A stretch of DNA of 64,000 nucleotides from Thermoplasmata archaeon. Its GTDB lineage: Archaea > Thermoplasmatota > Thermoplasmata > Lutacidiplasmatales > UBA184. A model generated the notes under the pieces. That model was not told the origin of the DNA, did not search any database, and saw nothing but the letters and a program-made list of their open reading frames with translations. Positions 1-9,327 of the stretch are shown in pieces. A program made the position numbers and the translations under genes. The stretch covers positions 120,174 to 184,173 of the forward strand of contig JAKAOF010000001.1 of NCBI GenBank assembly GCA_021823345.1, in the 5' to 3' direction. Positions within the stretch are counted from its first letter, which is position 1. The number at the start of each line of letters is the position of its first letter.

Positions 1-103
1 TGCGAACGAAATGGCCCTCGCCTTCTTCGGAAAGCTCGCCGGAACAGTGACAGAACAGCTTTCCTGTTTGGAGCTGCTGATGGATCTCCAACCCCACTTT
101 CAT
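1..103 (-). CDS. gatE: Glu-tRNA(Gln) amidotransferase subunit E, N-terminal fragment (continues past the window edge)
   Basis: The reverse complement of 1-103 reads MKVGLEIHQQLQTGKLFCHCSGELSEEGEGHFVR, the conserved GatE/GatB-type N-terminus. Its ATG (103-101) overlaps the gatD stop TGA (102-100) as ATGA. Confidence 0.75.
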   Translation of the reverse strand, partial: MKVGLEIHQQLQTGKLFCHCSGELSEEGEGHFVR

Positions 104-1434
104 GAGGTTCCCCCCTTGAGGGGACGTCGGTCGCCCATTTCCCCGGCCATGTCCTCCAGCATCTGCTCACGGATCCCGCGGGTCCCCTGCGTTCGACCGA
201 GCACCCAGAGCAGCTTCACGTAGGCCGTTTCCGGTGCCAGGTCTTCCAGGTAGACCGCTCCGGCGGACATGAGCTCCCGGCCCCGAGAGTAGACGTACGG
301 GTCCACCTCCCCTTCCAAGCATTGGGTGGTGATCCCGACGAAGACCCCCTGCTCCGTCAGCCCCCGCACCCAGGGGACGAGTTCAGATGGCATGTGCCCC
401 ATCCCGGTGGCGGCCACGATCACGCCACGGGCCCCCTGGCAGAACGACTCCGCTGTGGCCGCGCCGAGTCCCGGAGTGATCCACACGAGCCGGCCCCGCG
501 TGTCGAAGCCCTTCTCCAGAACGATGCCGGCGGATGAGCGCGGACGGTGAGTGGAATTCAGATGGACCCCTGAATCGTCCACCACTCCCAACCGGACACC
601 GTTCAAGGTCCGGAACGCGTCTCGACGGGTGGAGTGCATCTTGCGTACTCGAGTTCCCCGATGAATCGCCCCCACGTCGTCCGACGGGCCCGCATGCATG
701 ACCACCACGACCTCGCCCAATTCCGCCTCCCGGGCGACGCGTACGGCCCAATGCATGTTCTGGATCCCGTCCGAAGATGGCCGATCGATGGAACGTTGGG
801 CTCCCACCAGTACCACCGGTCCGGGAAGGTTCCTCAGCTGGAAAGAAAGCGCAGAGGCCGTATGGGCGAGCGTGTCGGTACCGTGGGAGATCACGATCCC
901 CCGGGCCCCTTCCAAGAAGGTCTCGTGGACGGCCTCCGCCAATCCTTCCCAGTGGGTGGGTCCGATGTCTTCGCTCAGGACATCGAAGACCTCTCGCATC
1001 ATGATGTCCTTCGCCCCCTCCGGGAAGAGGGCATCCAGCGCAGCGGTCCCACGGACCGGCTTCACCCCTCCCGTAGCATAGTCGATGGACGAGGCGATGG
1101 TGCCGCCGGTCGTGAGGAGAGCGATGGACCCCTTCGGGATCGACGTGTCCCTGGTTGAATTGTCCGACCGGGGAACCGCGGAGAAGTCCCCTCCCAACAC
1201 GCCTGGGAGCTTCTCAAAACGCTCGACTTCCCGGATGAGAAGCCCCACGTTGTACCCCGAAGCGAGCTTGAGGCGCAACGATTCTGGGGGAGCGTAGGGA
1301 TCTCTCGGAAGGAGCCATCCCTCCCACTCCCTGCTTCCACGTCGAAGTATCTTCACATGCGTGCCGGGAGGCAGGGCGCTCAGCTGAGCTCCGATGTCCT
1401 CTGCCCCCTTCTCTTCCCCCCCCATGAAAAGCAC
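100..1434 (-). CDS. gatD: Glu-tRNA(Gln) amidotransferase subunit D (asparaginase-like)
   Basis: 444 aa ORF with asparaginase-type motifs (TTGGTIAS, ISHGTDTL) and a GatD N-terminal domain. It sits immediately upstream of gatE. Start is GTG at 1434 or ATG at 1425. Confidence 0.9.
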   Translation of the reverse strand: MLFMGGEEKGAEDIGAQLSALPPGTHVKILRRGSREWEGWLLPRDPYAPPESLRLKLASGYNVGLLIREVERFEKLPGVLGGDFSAVPRSDNSTRDTSIPKGSIALLTTGGTIASSIDYATGGVKPVRGTAALDALFPEGAKDIMMREVFDVLSEDIGPTHWEGLAEAVHETFLEGARGIVISHGTDTLAHTASALSFQLRNLPGPVVLVGAQRSIDRPSSDGIQNMHWAVRVAREAELGEVVVVMHAGPSDDVGAIHRGTRVRKMHSTRRDAFRTLNGVRLGVVDDSGVHLNSTHRPRSSAGIVLEKGFDTRGRLVWITPGLGAATAESFCQGARGVIVAATGMGHMPSELVPWVRGLTEQGVFVGITTQCLEGEVDPYVYSRGRELMSAGAVYLEDLAPETAYVKLLWVLGRTQGTRGIREQMLEDMAGEMGDRRPLKGGTS

Positions 1435-1734
1435 CTGTTATCGCCGACTATGCGTTCCCCCATATGAGAGTTGTACTCGCAACTCCTTCGAGAGATCCGG
1501 AGTCGCCAGGGCAGTATCCACTCCCCCCTAAAATCCGTGCTCGGACCTCCTCGACGTCAGAGCATCTTTGCCACATGGGCCGCCGTTATCCACCCTGACG
1601 AAGCAAGCCGTAGCTTGCACGGGTCCGACCCTGTCGAAGATTGACGGGGTCAACTCGCCGGTCGGAAGGGGTCGCATCACGAAATTCCTGCGCGCGGCCG
1701 ATGAAGATCTCGAAGTCACTTCGGTTTGACCAAG

Positions 1735-1742
1735 CTTATATT
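1735..1742 (+). promoter_or_regulatory. Putative archaeal TATA box for the GH25 surface protein gene
   Basis: CTTATATT lies 24 nt upstream of ATG 1766. This spacing fits a leaderless or very short-leader archaeal transcript. Confidence 0.45.
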
Positions 1743-1765
1743 CCCGTCTCCGATAGTAATGTCGT

Positions 1766-4357
1766 ATGAGCTATCATGGCTCATGGGTCTCGAACGAATC
1801 CTACGTTCCCCTCTCTCTCGCGTTTCTCCTCGGCTTGATCACACTCTTGGCCACCCAGTCCTTCTTGCCAACCATCTCGGAATCTTCGGCCGATCGCCCA
1901 TCGCCTTATGCCTCCCACCAGGGTCCCGCGCAGTCTCCCTCGGCCCTTCCCGCGGTAGGTGCGAGCACCCTTCGAGGTATCGACGTCTCACAATACCAGA
2001 AGACTCCGTCCTGGGGGAGCGTGGCGGGGAGTGGAGTCGTGTTCGCGTTCGCGCGTGCCGTGGCCTACTACGGGCAGAACGACCCCGACTTCGGCTACGA
2101 CATGTCGAATGGCCACGCGGCAGGGGTGTATATGGGCGCTTACGACTTCGTCTATCCTTCGTACGAGTCGGCTTCGGGCGACGCCGACTACTTCAACGGC
2201 GTCATCAAGCCCTACGTCAGCGCTGGCTACATGTATCCCGCGCTCGACCTCGAGGAGGATTGCGTGGCCTCCGGGGGCAGCATGAGCGCCTCGCAGATCA
2301 CCGCTTGGGTGAATGCCTGGGCCACGGAACTCCAAAAGGACCTGGCCAGTGACGGATACCCCGGGGTGAACCCGATCATCTACATGAACAGCAATTACGC
2401 CTCCAATTGCATCACTTCCGCCATCGGAGGATGGCACGTGTGGATCGCGGACTACTGCGGTTGCGGAGCCCCGAGCACCGGCATATTCGGCTACTGGAAC
2501 TACTGGCAGTATACCAGCAGCGGCTCGGTCAACGGCATCTCCGGGAGCGTCGACATGGATCTCTTTGCCGGCACGCTGTCCAACCTCCAATCGGGGTTCC
2601 TCTTCGGCGGAGCGCCTTTGACGGCAAGCTACTCTGTGCAGGATACGACCTCGGGGAGCCCCCTGTACTGTGGAGGTACGTTTTACACGGGCGACACGAT
2701 CAGATTCCAGGGCTCGGCCTCCGGGGGCTCCGGAGGTTACTCCTATGCCTGGAACTTCGGGGATGGGACGAGCGGGACTGGAAATCCGGCGAGCCACGTT
2801 TACACGAAGACGGGGACGATCGATGCCATCCTCACCGTGACGGACTCGAGCGGCGGTTCGAAGCAAACGGGCAGTGGGTGCCCCTTCACCGTGAGCCAGG
2901 GGCTCGCGATCGCATCCCCCCTGGCGGTCTCACCGAACCCCGTCATCGTGGGGAACGTGACGACCTTCTCCATATCCGCTAGTGGCGGGGCCACACCGTA
3001 CTCGTACTCCTATTCCGGGCTTCCCCCGGGTTGCAGCTCCTCCAGCACGAACTCCCTTTCGTGCACTCCCAATACGGTCGGGAACTACCAGATCACGGTG
3101 ACCGTGACCGACGCCCAAGGGCGAAAGGTCACCTCGACGACCTCCCTCGTCGTGCGCCCGACCCCGCTCGTCATCGCGGCCTTCTTGGCCACTCCGTCGA
3201 GCTTGATGGTCAACAACAGCACCACCTTCACGGTCCGACCCTCCGGCGGACTGCCGCCGTACTCGTTCTCGTTCACGAGCCTCCCCCCCGGGTGTGTGTC
3301 CGCCAACGTGGCCTCCCTCACGTGCGCCCCCAACACCATCGGCTGGTACACGGTGTCCGTCCAGGTCAATGATAGCTATGGCCAGACCCAGCGAGCCAAC
3401 ACCACGATCGACGTCACGCCCCGTCCGGTGGTCATCAGCGCCTTCACCGCGATGCCTTCGATCGTGATGATCGGCAACAACACGACCCTTCAGGTGAACT
3501 TCACCGGAGGACTGGGGCCGTACTCGTATTCCTACGAGGGGCTGCCCGCTGGGTGCGATACGCACAGTCTTCGCGTGTTGCTCTGCACTCCCTTCCAGTC
3601 TGGCGCCTTCACCGTCACGGTGATCGTCAACGACTCCCAAGGTAGGGCCGCCGTCGCCACCACCAATCTGACGGTGCAAGAGGGACTCACCGTATCGTCG
3701 TTCGTGGCCACTCCCGCTCTTATCAAGCAGGGGCAGAGCAGCACACTTACGGTGGACGTGACCAGCGGGATCGCCCCGTACTCCTACTCTTACCTCCAAC
3801 TTCCCCCCGGGTGCAAGAGCACCAATACTTCCTCCCTGGTATGCACTCCGACCCGCGCCGGCACCTACCACCTGATCGCTCTGGTCAGGGACTCGATGGA
3901 CCGGCTCGGGAGCTCCGTACTCACGCTCACCGTGATCGCCCCGATCACGATCCTTTCCTTCTCGGCATCTCCCACGCTCGTGACCGTGGACGAGCAATCG
4001 ATACTGACCGTCCAAACCACGGGCGGGTCATCCCCCCTCAAGTACACCTACACCGGGCTGCCGACGGGCTGCGTGAGTGCATCCGTGACCACTCTGGCCT
4101 GTACTCCTTCCGGCGCCGGAAACTTCACCGTCACGATCACCGTCACCGACTCGCTGGGGGACCAGGCGTTGAGCACGGTCAAGATCACCGTGGAGCCCGC
4201 CTACCTCGCTTCGCATCCGGCGAGTTCCCCGCTCTTCAGCCCCCTCGCGCTCGCCCTCGTCGGTCTCGGGGTCATCGTACTGGTCGGCCTGGCGCTGTGG
4301 ACCCGGCGCCGGAGACAACGCGCCGCCGAAGCCACCAAGGACAACCCCGCTTCGTGA
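1766..4357 (+). CDS. Membrane-anchored GH25 muramidase (lysozyme) with PKD domain, five Ig-like stalk repeats, C-terminal TM helix and basic tail
   Basis: 863 aa with an N-terminal hydrophobic signal. GH25 signature GIDVSQYQ (1976-1999) and ALDLEED D-x-E motif (about 2246-2260). PKD unit YAWNFGDGTSG...HVY. Five ~86 aa repeats follow, then TM LFSPLALALVGLGVIVLVGLALW and an RRRRQR tail. Confidence 0.85.
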   Translation: MSYHGSWVSNESYVPLSLAFLLGLITLLATQSFLPTISESSADRPSPYASHQGPAQSPSALPAVGASTLRGIDVSQYQKTPSWGSVAGSGVVFAFARAVAYYGQNDPDFGYDMSNGHAAGVYMGAYDFVYPSYESASGDADYFNGVIKPYVSAGYMYPALDLEEDCVASGGSMSASQITAWVNAWATELQKDLASDGYPGVNPIIYMNSNYASNCITSAIGGWHVWIADYCGCGAPSTGIFGYWNYWQYTSSGSVNGISGSVDMDLFAGTLSNLQSGFLFGGAPLTASYSVQDTTSGSPLYCGGTFYTGDTIRFQGSASGGSGGYSYAWNFGDGTSGTGNPASHVYTKTGTIDAILTVTDSSGGSKQTGSGCPFTVSQGLAIASPLAVSPNPVIVGNVTTFSISASGGATPYSYSYSGLPPGCSSSSTNSLSCTPNTVGNYQITVTVTDAQGRKVTSTTSLVVRPTPLVIAAFLATPSSLMVNNSTTFTVRPSGGLPPYSFSFTSLPPGCVSANVASLTCAPNTIGWYTVSVQVNDSYGQTQRANTTIDVTPRPVVISAFTAMPSIVMIGNNTTLQVNFTGGLGPYSYSYEGLPAGCDTHSLRVLLCTPFQSGAFTVTVIVNDSQGRAAVATTNLTVQEGLTVSSFVATPALIKQGQSSTLTVDVTSGIAPYSYSYLQLPPGCKSTNTSSLVCTPTRAGTYHLIALVRDSMDRLGSSVLTLTVIAPITILSFSASPTLVTVDEQSILTVQTTGGSSPLKYTYTGLPTGCVSASVTTLACTPSGAGNFTVTITVTDSLGDQALSTVKITVEPAYLASHPASSPLFSPLALALVGLGVIVLVGLALWTRRRRQRAAEATKDNPAS
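2903..4198 (+). repeat. Tandem array of five ~86 aa Cys-pair Ig-like (He_PIG/PKD-like) coding repeats
   Basis: Units at aa 380-467, 468-554, 555-640, 641-726 and 727-811. Each carries GG..PYSYSY.GLPPGC.S.N..SL.C.P...G.Y.V.V.V.D..G. Confidence 0.8.
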
Positions 4358-4482
4358 TCACCGACCGGGGCATCGGAGACCTCCTTCCCCGTACTCCACT
4401 GAGGGGGGGCTGCGACCGCACGGCTCGTTCTCGTCCGCAGGTTCTCGGTGCGGACAATGAGCACCGACTCGCCCCGACTCAA

Positions 4483-4490
4483 CATAAATA
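4483..4490 (+). promoter_or_regulatory. Putative TATA box for the GH57-like surface protein gene
   Basis: CATAAATA lies 26 nt upstream of ATG 4516. Confidence 0.45.
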
Positions 4491-4515
4491 CCCCCGGAGA
4501 TAACAATCCTTGCGA

Positions 4516-7500
4516 ATGCGCGGATATCCATCGGTCTTGGCGAGGAACCACCCGCTCCCCGCGCTCGCCTTGGTGCTCCTTCTATCACTCCCTTCGGGGG
4601 CCGCTTGGGTCGGGCCTCATTCCCCCGCGGTTCGAGGACCAGCGGCACCGTTCTTGCCTCGCGGGGCCTTTCTCAATCGGAACGTAAGCTTCTCCGGAAA
4701 CCTCGGGTTGGATTTCGGGGGAGGACCGCTGTATCAGAACACCAACGCCTCAGCCTGGGGGGCGGGCAATGCCCTTCTGGGCCTCTACGCCGCCTACAAC
4801 CGAAGCGACCTCTTTCTCGGTATTCAGGAGAACATTACGGGAAACAGTCTCATGGTCTTCGTGGGAGGCGAGGGAGTCGGCGGGATGGGTACCTTCAATC
4901 TCTCGGGCCTCAACGCGTGGTCCCGGTCGATCACCTTCACTTCTCCCGTAAGCGACATCGCGGCCCTCTATTTCGGAGGGAACAACATCAACGTCTCGGG
5001 GTACGGGGTGTACCAGGTCCTCACCCCCCCCTCGGACAGTAACTCCACGCCCAGCGACCGCATGGTGTCTTCGACACATCTCTTCTCCGCCGTCAACGGC
5101 TCGGTGGAGATCGCGCTGCCGATCGCCTCCGTCTTTCCCTCCAATCCGTCTCCCCAGGAGAACCTCACCCTGGGGGCGTTTGTCGTGGGGAGTTCGGGCT
5201 CGTGGGTCGGCACGGGCATCCCCTTCCCCCAGGCTGGAAAATACAATGCGGGAGGTACACAGACGAGCTTCCTCGTGAACGATACGCTCCGGCTTCCCCT
5301 CGCGGGCCTTCCCGTCTCGCCGTCCCAGCCCATCAATGTGGCGATCGTCTTCAACGATCACCAACCGGTCTACGAGGTCGCCGGCCAAGCGACCTACAAC
5401 CTGCCCTGGACCGAAGCCCATGCCACCGCGGAGTACATCGAGCAACCCCTCCTGCTCCGCCAGTATCCGGGCATCAACATCACCTACGAGCTTTCCGGGT
5501 CCCTGCTTTGGCAATTGGAGAACATCTCGACCGATCCTGGTTTCAATGACTCCTTCATCCAGGGAGCTTTCCTCCCGTACTCGCAGCTCAACACCACCCA
5601 GAACCAGACCCTCCTCTCCAATCTTACCTCGGACTACTTCAGCGTCCCCGGCTATGTCTATGATTTCAACGAGACGGCCTCCCGGACCTATCGCCAACTC
5701 GAGACGCAGTGGTCCTCCGGGAAACCCCTCAACGCCTCACAGTTCGAGGACGCCAAGGTGCTTTGGTTCCTCTATGAGGTCAGCACGGACCTCGTCGAAG
5801 GGCGCTTGGGAAGTTCATGGATCTCCCCCTCCCTCTGGGCCCTCCACAACCAGTCCTCGTTCACCCAGTCGGACCTAAAGACCATCCTCCAGTACAGCCA
5901 GTGGCTCACCGGCCAGGTGATCCCCGCCTTCCGCTCCGTGATGCTCGGGAATCAGACGGGATCGGACAATACGGAGCTCTTCACGAGCCCCTTTTACCAC
6001 CCACTGACCCCCTTGCTCCTTACCCCCTCGATCTCGGGTCCCTCCGGTTCCCTCACGAAGGGGGTCTACACCTCGGACGTCCTCGCTCAGATGAATTTGA
6101 GCCGAGACCAGTTTGACCAGATCTTCGGGCAGTACCCCCGTGGGCTCTACGCTTCCGAGGCCGCCGTTTCGGAGGCGATGGTGCCCCTTGTCGCAATGTC
6201 CGGCGCCCAGTGGACCGCGACGGATGAATGGACCTTGCAGCAGTCGGGAGTTCCCGCATCGGCGTGGGGGGACCCCTCTCACACGGTCGCCTCCCTGGAG
6301 GACCTCTACACTCCCTACGTCGTGCAAGACGCGAACGGCACCTCCACCATCATGCTGTTCCGCGATGCCCCGCTGTCGAACGCCTGGGCCTTCAACTACG
6401 GCAATCAGAACACGACCACCTCCGTATCGGACATCGTGAATTACCTCAAGGCGATCAACGGGGCGATTCCGGTGGGGGATCACCCGCGGACCCTGGTCAC
6501 CCTGATGCTTGACGGGGAGAACTGGCAGTTCATGTCCCCCTTCGCGGACGATGGGATCCCCTTCCTGGAGGCGCTCTACCGCGCGCTCGAACAGAACCGG
6601 AGCTACCTGCACACGGTGACCCCGAGCCAGTTCCTCGACTCGCTTCGCGGTCAGCCATGGTTGCTGCCATCCCTCGGTGCGGTCGCGACCGGGACCTGGA
6701 ACCAGGGGAGCGGTTCCTCCGCCCCGGACCAGTCCAATCCCTCGCTCACCCAATGGTCGGGGTACCCGGCCCAGGATTGGATGTGGCAGGATCTCGATAC
6801 CGTCCGGCAACAGGTCGTACAATTCCAACAGCGATGGGGGCTCACCCAGCTCGAGAACCTCACCGCCTTTGACCGGAACCTGACCGCCTCCACCCTCGAA
6901 GGGAACCTCACCCGGGCATGGTACGGCATCTACAACGCGGAGGGCAGCGACTGGTACTTCCAGATGGCCCCTTGGACCATCTCCGGTGCCAACACGGCAC
7001 CCTTCAACGCGACGTTCCAAGGTGACCTGGCATACGCGCTGTCCCAACTTCATCCGATCTTGACCCCTCCTTCGATCACGGCGTTCACCGCATCTCCGAA
7101 CCCGGTACCGGTGAACGGGACCTCTCGGCTCGACGTGAGCGTGAGCGGGGGCGTAGCGCCGGTGAGCTTCCAATACGCGGGGCTTCCGCCGGGTTGCCAC
7201 AGCGCGGATTCCTCCGTCCTCAACTGCACGCCGACCTCGGCCGGGAACTTTACCCTCCGAGTGTACGCGAACGATTCCCTCGGTCATTCCGCGAACGACT
7301 CTTTGCTTCTTTCGGTAACGCCACGCAATTCGCTCGTGTCCGTGGCCATCACTCCTTCCCAGGCGTCGATATTCCCTCTCCGTAGCGAGAACTTGACGGC
7401 TACCGCGTTGTGCTCGGGCGCCCCCACCCCTTGCCCGTCCGGGCTCACCTACACTTGGAGCACGTCCAATGCCCTCGGGACCGTGATACCCTTCGCGAAC

Positions 7501-8355
7501 GGTACCGCCCGATTCGTGGCGGGCAATCTCTCGGGAAACACTTCGGTCACCGTGACGGCCCGTCTCAACGGGACCAACCGGACGAGCGCCCCCGCCTTCC
7601 TCACGGTCCTCCCGCTCGCCCCTCCGATCTCGGTGAAGGCGTCTGCTTCGGTGCTCTCCGGGACCACCCCGCTCCCGGTCAACTTCACCTCGTCGATCTC
7701 GGGGGGAACTGCCCCGTTCTCCACCGTGTGGACCTTCGGGGACGGGAAATCCTCGCTCGTCCCCGACCCCGCCCACACCTATGTCCGAGGGGGTCGTTAC
7801 ATCGTGAACCTCTGGGTGAACGACTCCTCACTTCCCTCCCCCCAGCGATATCATGCGACCTTGGAGATCAACGTCACCGGCCTTTCGGTCACCCTCTCCC
7901 CGATCGCTGAGATCGCACTGGGCGGAACGATCCAGATCACCGCGGTGGTCTCGGGCGCGGTGGGGGCCGTGACGTACCAGTGGACGACCTTGCCTCCAGG
8001 TTGCACGGGCGGCAACCTGAGCCAGATCAGTTGCATTCCCTCCCGGGTGGGTTCCTTCCCTATCCAACTGAACGTCACCGATAGCGCCGGCCAGACGGCG
8101 AGCGGCAACACTTCCGCCGCGGTCCGGCCGCCGCCGAGCTGTGGCTGCGTGGGCCCCGCCGCTCCCTCGCCGGTCATCTGGGCGGCCCTTGGGGTCGCAG
8201 CGGTCGCGTTCCTCATCGGGGTTTACGTGCTCCGGTCAAGGTCCCGGCACCGGGGCGGTTCGCCCAAGAATGACGCGCCCGCCTCCCGGACTCCGGAGGA
8301 GAGCGTTTCCAAGAAGGCGCCGGAACCCGAGCCCCCCGGGCCGTCACGGTCTTAA
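4516..8355 (+). CDS. Membrane-anchored GH57-like alpha-glucan hydrolase with N-terminal sugar-binding-like domain and Ig-like/Big_2/PKD stalk
   Basis: Signal peptide PALALVLLLSLPSGAAW. GH57-type motifs: IVFNDHQP (HQP at 5359-5367), LYASEAAVSE (Glu at 6157-6159) and LMLDGENWQF (6511-6522). The C-terminal part has a GLPPGC..C.P repeat, a Big_2-like unit, a PKD unit (WTFGDGKS) and a second GC..C repeat, then a TM and basic tail. The ORF track starts at TTG 4510. ATG 4516 is preferred. Confidence 0.7.
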   Translation: MRGYPSVLARNHPLPALALVLLLSLPSGAAWVGPHSPAVRGPAAPFLPRGAFLNRNVSFSGNLGLDFGGGPLYQNTNASAWGAGNALLGLYAAYNRSDLFLGIQENITGNSLMVFVGGEGVGGMGTFNLSGLNAWSRSITFTSPVSDIAALYFGGNNINVSGYGVYQVLTPPSDSNSTPSDRMVSSTHLFSAVNGSVEIALPIASVFPSNPSPQENLTLGAFVVGSSGSWVGTGIPFPQAGKYNAGGTQTSFLVNDTLRLPLAGLPVSPSQPINVAIVFNDHQPVYEVAGQATYNLPWTEAHATAEYIEQPLLLRQYPGINITYELSGSLLWQLENISTDPGFNDSFIQGAFLPYSQLNTTQNQTLLSNLTSDYFSVPGYVYDFNETASRTYRQLETQWSSGKPLNASQFEDAKVLWFLYEVSTDLVEGRLGSSWISPSLWALHNQSSFTQSDLKTILQYSQWLTGQVIPAFRSVMLGNQTGSDNTELFTSPFYHPLTPLLLTPSISGPSGSLTKGVYTSDVLAQMNLSRDQFDQIFGQYPRGLYASEAAVSEAMVPLVAMSGAQWTATDEWTLQQSGVPASAWGDPSHTVASLEDLYTPYVVQDANGTSTIMLFRDAPLSNAWAFNYGNQNTTTSVSDIVNYLKAINGAIPVGDHPRTLVTLMLDGENWQFMSPFADDGIPFLEALYRALEQNRSYLHTVTPSQFLDSLRGQPWLLPSLGAVATGTWNQGSGSSAPDQSNPSLTQWSGYPAQDWMWQDLDTVRQQVVQFQQRWGLTQLENLTAFDRNLTASTLEGNLTRAWYGIYNAEGSDWYFQMAPWTISGANTAPFNATFQGDLAYALSQLHPILTPPSITAFTASPNPVPVNGTSRLDVSVSGGVAPVSFQYAGLPPGCHSADSSVLNCTPTSAGNFTLRVYANDSLGHSANDSLLLSVTPRNSLVSVAITPSQASIFPLRSENLTATALCSGAPTPCPSGLTYTWSTSNALGTVIPFANGTARFVAGNLSGNTSVTVTARLNGTNRTSAPAFLTVLPLAPPISVKASASVLSGTTPLPVNFTSSISGGTAPFSTVWTFGDGKSSLVPDPAHTYVRGGRYIVNLWVNDSSLPSPQRYHATLEINVTGLSVTLSPIAEIALGGTIQITAVVSGAVGAVTYQWTTLPPGCTGGNLSQISCIPSRVGSFPIQLNVTDSAGQTASGNTSAAVRPPPSCGCVGPAAPSPVIWAALGVAAVAFLIGVYVLRSRSRHRGGSPKNDAPASRTPEESVSKKAPEPEPPGPSRS

Positions 8356-8379
8356 GTCGGCTCTTCTCGCTGGGATTTG

Positions 8380-9327
8380 ATGTCCGAGCGGAATTCCGGC
8401 AAGCCGAAGGAACGCGATGTGATCTCGATCGTCGACCTCTCCGCCGACCTCGAGGGCCTCTTCAAACGAGCGAAAGAGCTCAAGGCGCTCCGCCGGAAGC
8501 ATGCTCCCCACCGGAGCTTCGAGGGCCGTGCCCTCGCCATGATCTTCGAGAAGCCCTCCACCCGCACGCGCAGCTCCTTCGAGCTCGCCATGACCGACCT
8601 CGGCGGCCACGCCGTCTACCTTTCACCGAAGGACATGCAGCTGGGACGGGGCGAGACGGTCGCCGACACGGCCCGGGTGCTCTCGCGCTACTACGACGCC
8701 ATCATGTATCGGGCGTTCCGGCATGAGGACATGCTGGAGCTGGCCAAGTGGGCCGACATCCCGGTGATCAACGGGCTCGACGACATCGAGCATCCGTGCC
8801 AGGCCGTTGCGGACCTGTTCACGCTCTGGGAACGCTGGGGCGGGAAGTTCACCTCGCACCAGCTGACGTACATCGGGGACGGCAACAACGTCCTCAATTC
8901 CCTGATGCTCGGCGCCGCGACCGTCGGGCTCAATTTTGTGGCGGCGACCCCTCCCGCCTACAAGCCCAAGCCGTGGGTGATGAAGCGGGCGGAAAGCCTG
9001 GCGCTGGCCAAGGGGTCCATCGTCCGCGTGGTGACGAGCCCCGAGGAGGCCGCCAAGGGCGCGGATGCCCTCTACACGGATGTCTGGGTATCCATGGGGG
9101 ACGAGGCCGAGGAAAAGCAGCGGATGGCCGCGTTCAAGGGCTACCAGATCAATGCCGCGCTCCTCGCACGGGCCAACCCGGGCGCCTTTGCCATGCACGA
9201 CCTCCCCGCCCACCGAGGGCTCGAGATCACCGACGAGGTCATGGACGGGACCGCCGAAGCGATCTGGGACCAGGCGGAGAACCGCCTCCACGCCCAGAAG
9301 GCTATCCTCGAGCTCGTGCTTTCGTAA
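8380..9327 (+). CDS. argF: Ornithine carbamoyltransferase
   Basis: STRTRSSFE carbamoyl-phosphate motif, HPCQ, DVWVSMG, and LPAHRG.E near the C-terminus. ATG is at 8380, one codon after TTG 8377. Confidence 0.88.
   Translation: MSERNSGKPKERDVISIVDLSADLEGLFKRAKELKALRRKHAPHRSFEGRALAMIFEKPSTRTRSSFELAMTDLGGHAVYLSPKDMQLGRGETVADTARVLSRYYDAIMYRAFRHEDMLELAKWADIPVINGLDDIEHPCQAVADLFTLWERWGGKFTSHQLTYIGDGNNVLNSLMLGAATVGLNFVAATPPAYKPKPWVMKRAESLALAKGSIVRVVTSPEEAAKGADALYTDVWVSMGDEAEEKQRMAAFKGYQINAALLARANPGAFAMHDLPAHRGLEITDEVMDGTAEAIWDQAENRLHAQKAILELVLS

Noticed and set aside
2903-4198. Periodic ~258 nt DNA repeats considered as CRISPR or satellite
   Set aside because: The periodicity is at the protein-domain level within one open frame. 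The units have diverged in sequence and there are no short identical direct repeats with unique spacers.
5875-7776. 633 aa minus-strand ORF inside the GH57-like gene. Similar long antisense ORFs lie at 1988-2866, 2930-4015, 14835-16118, 16794-18098, 21219-22862, 50977-51897, 61758-63014 and 62515-63756.
   Set aside because: All are Arg/Gly/Pro-rich translations antisense to genes with clear family motifs, which is typical of GC-rich shadow frames. The last two oppose guaAA and the open 62827 frame, which shows the expected GC3 bias.
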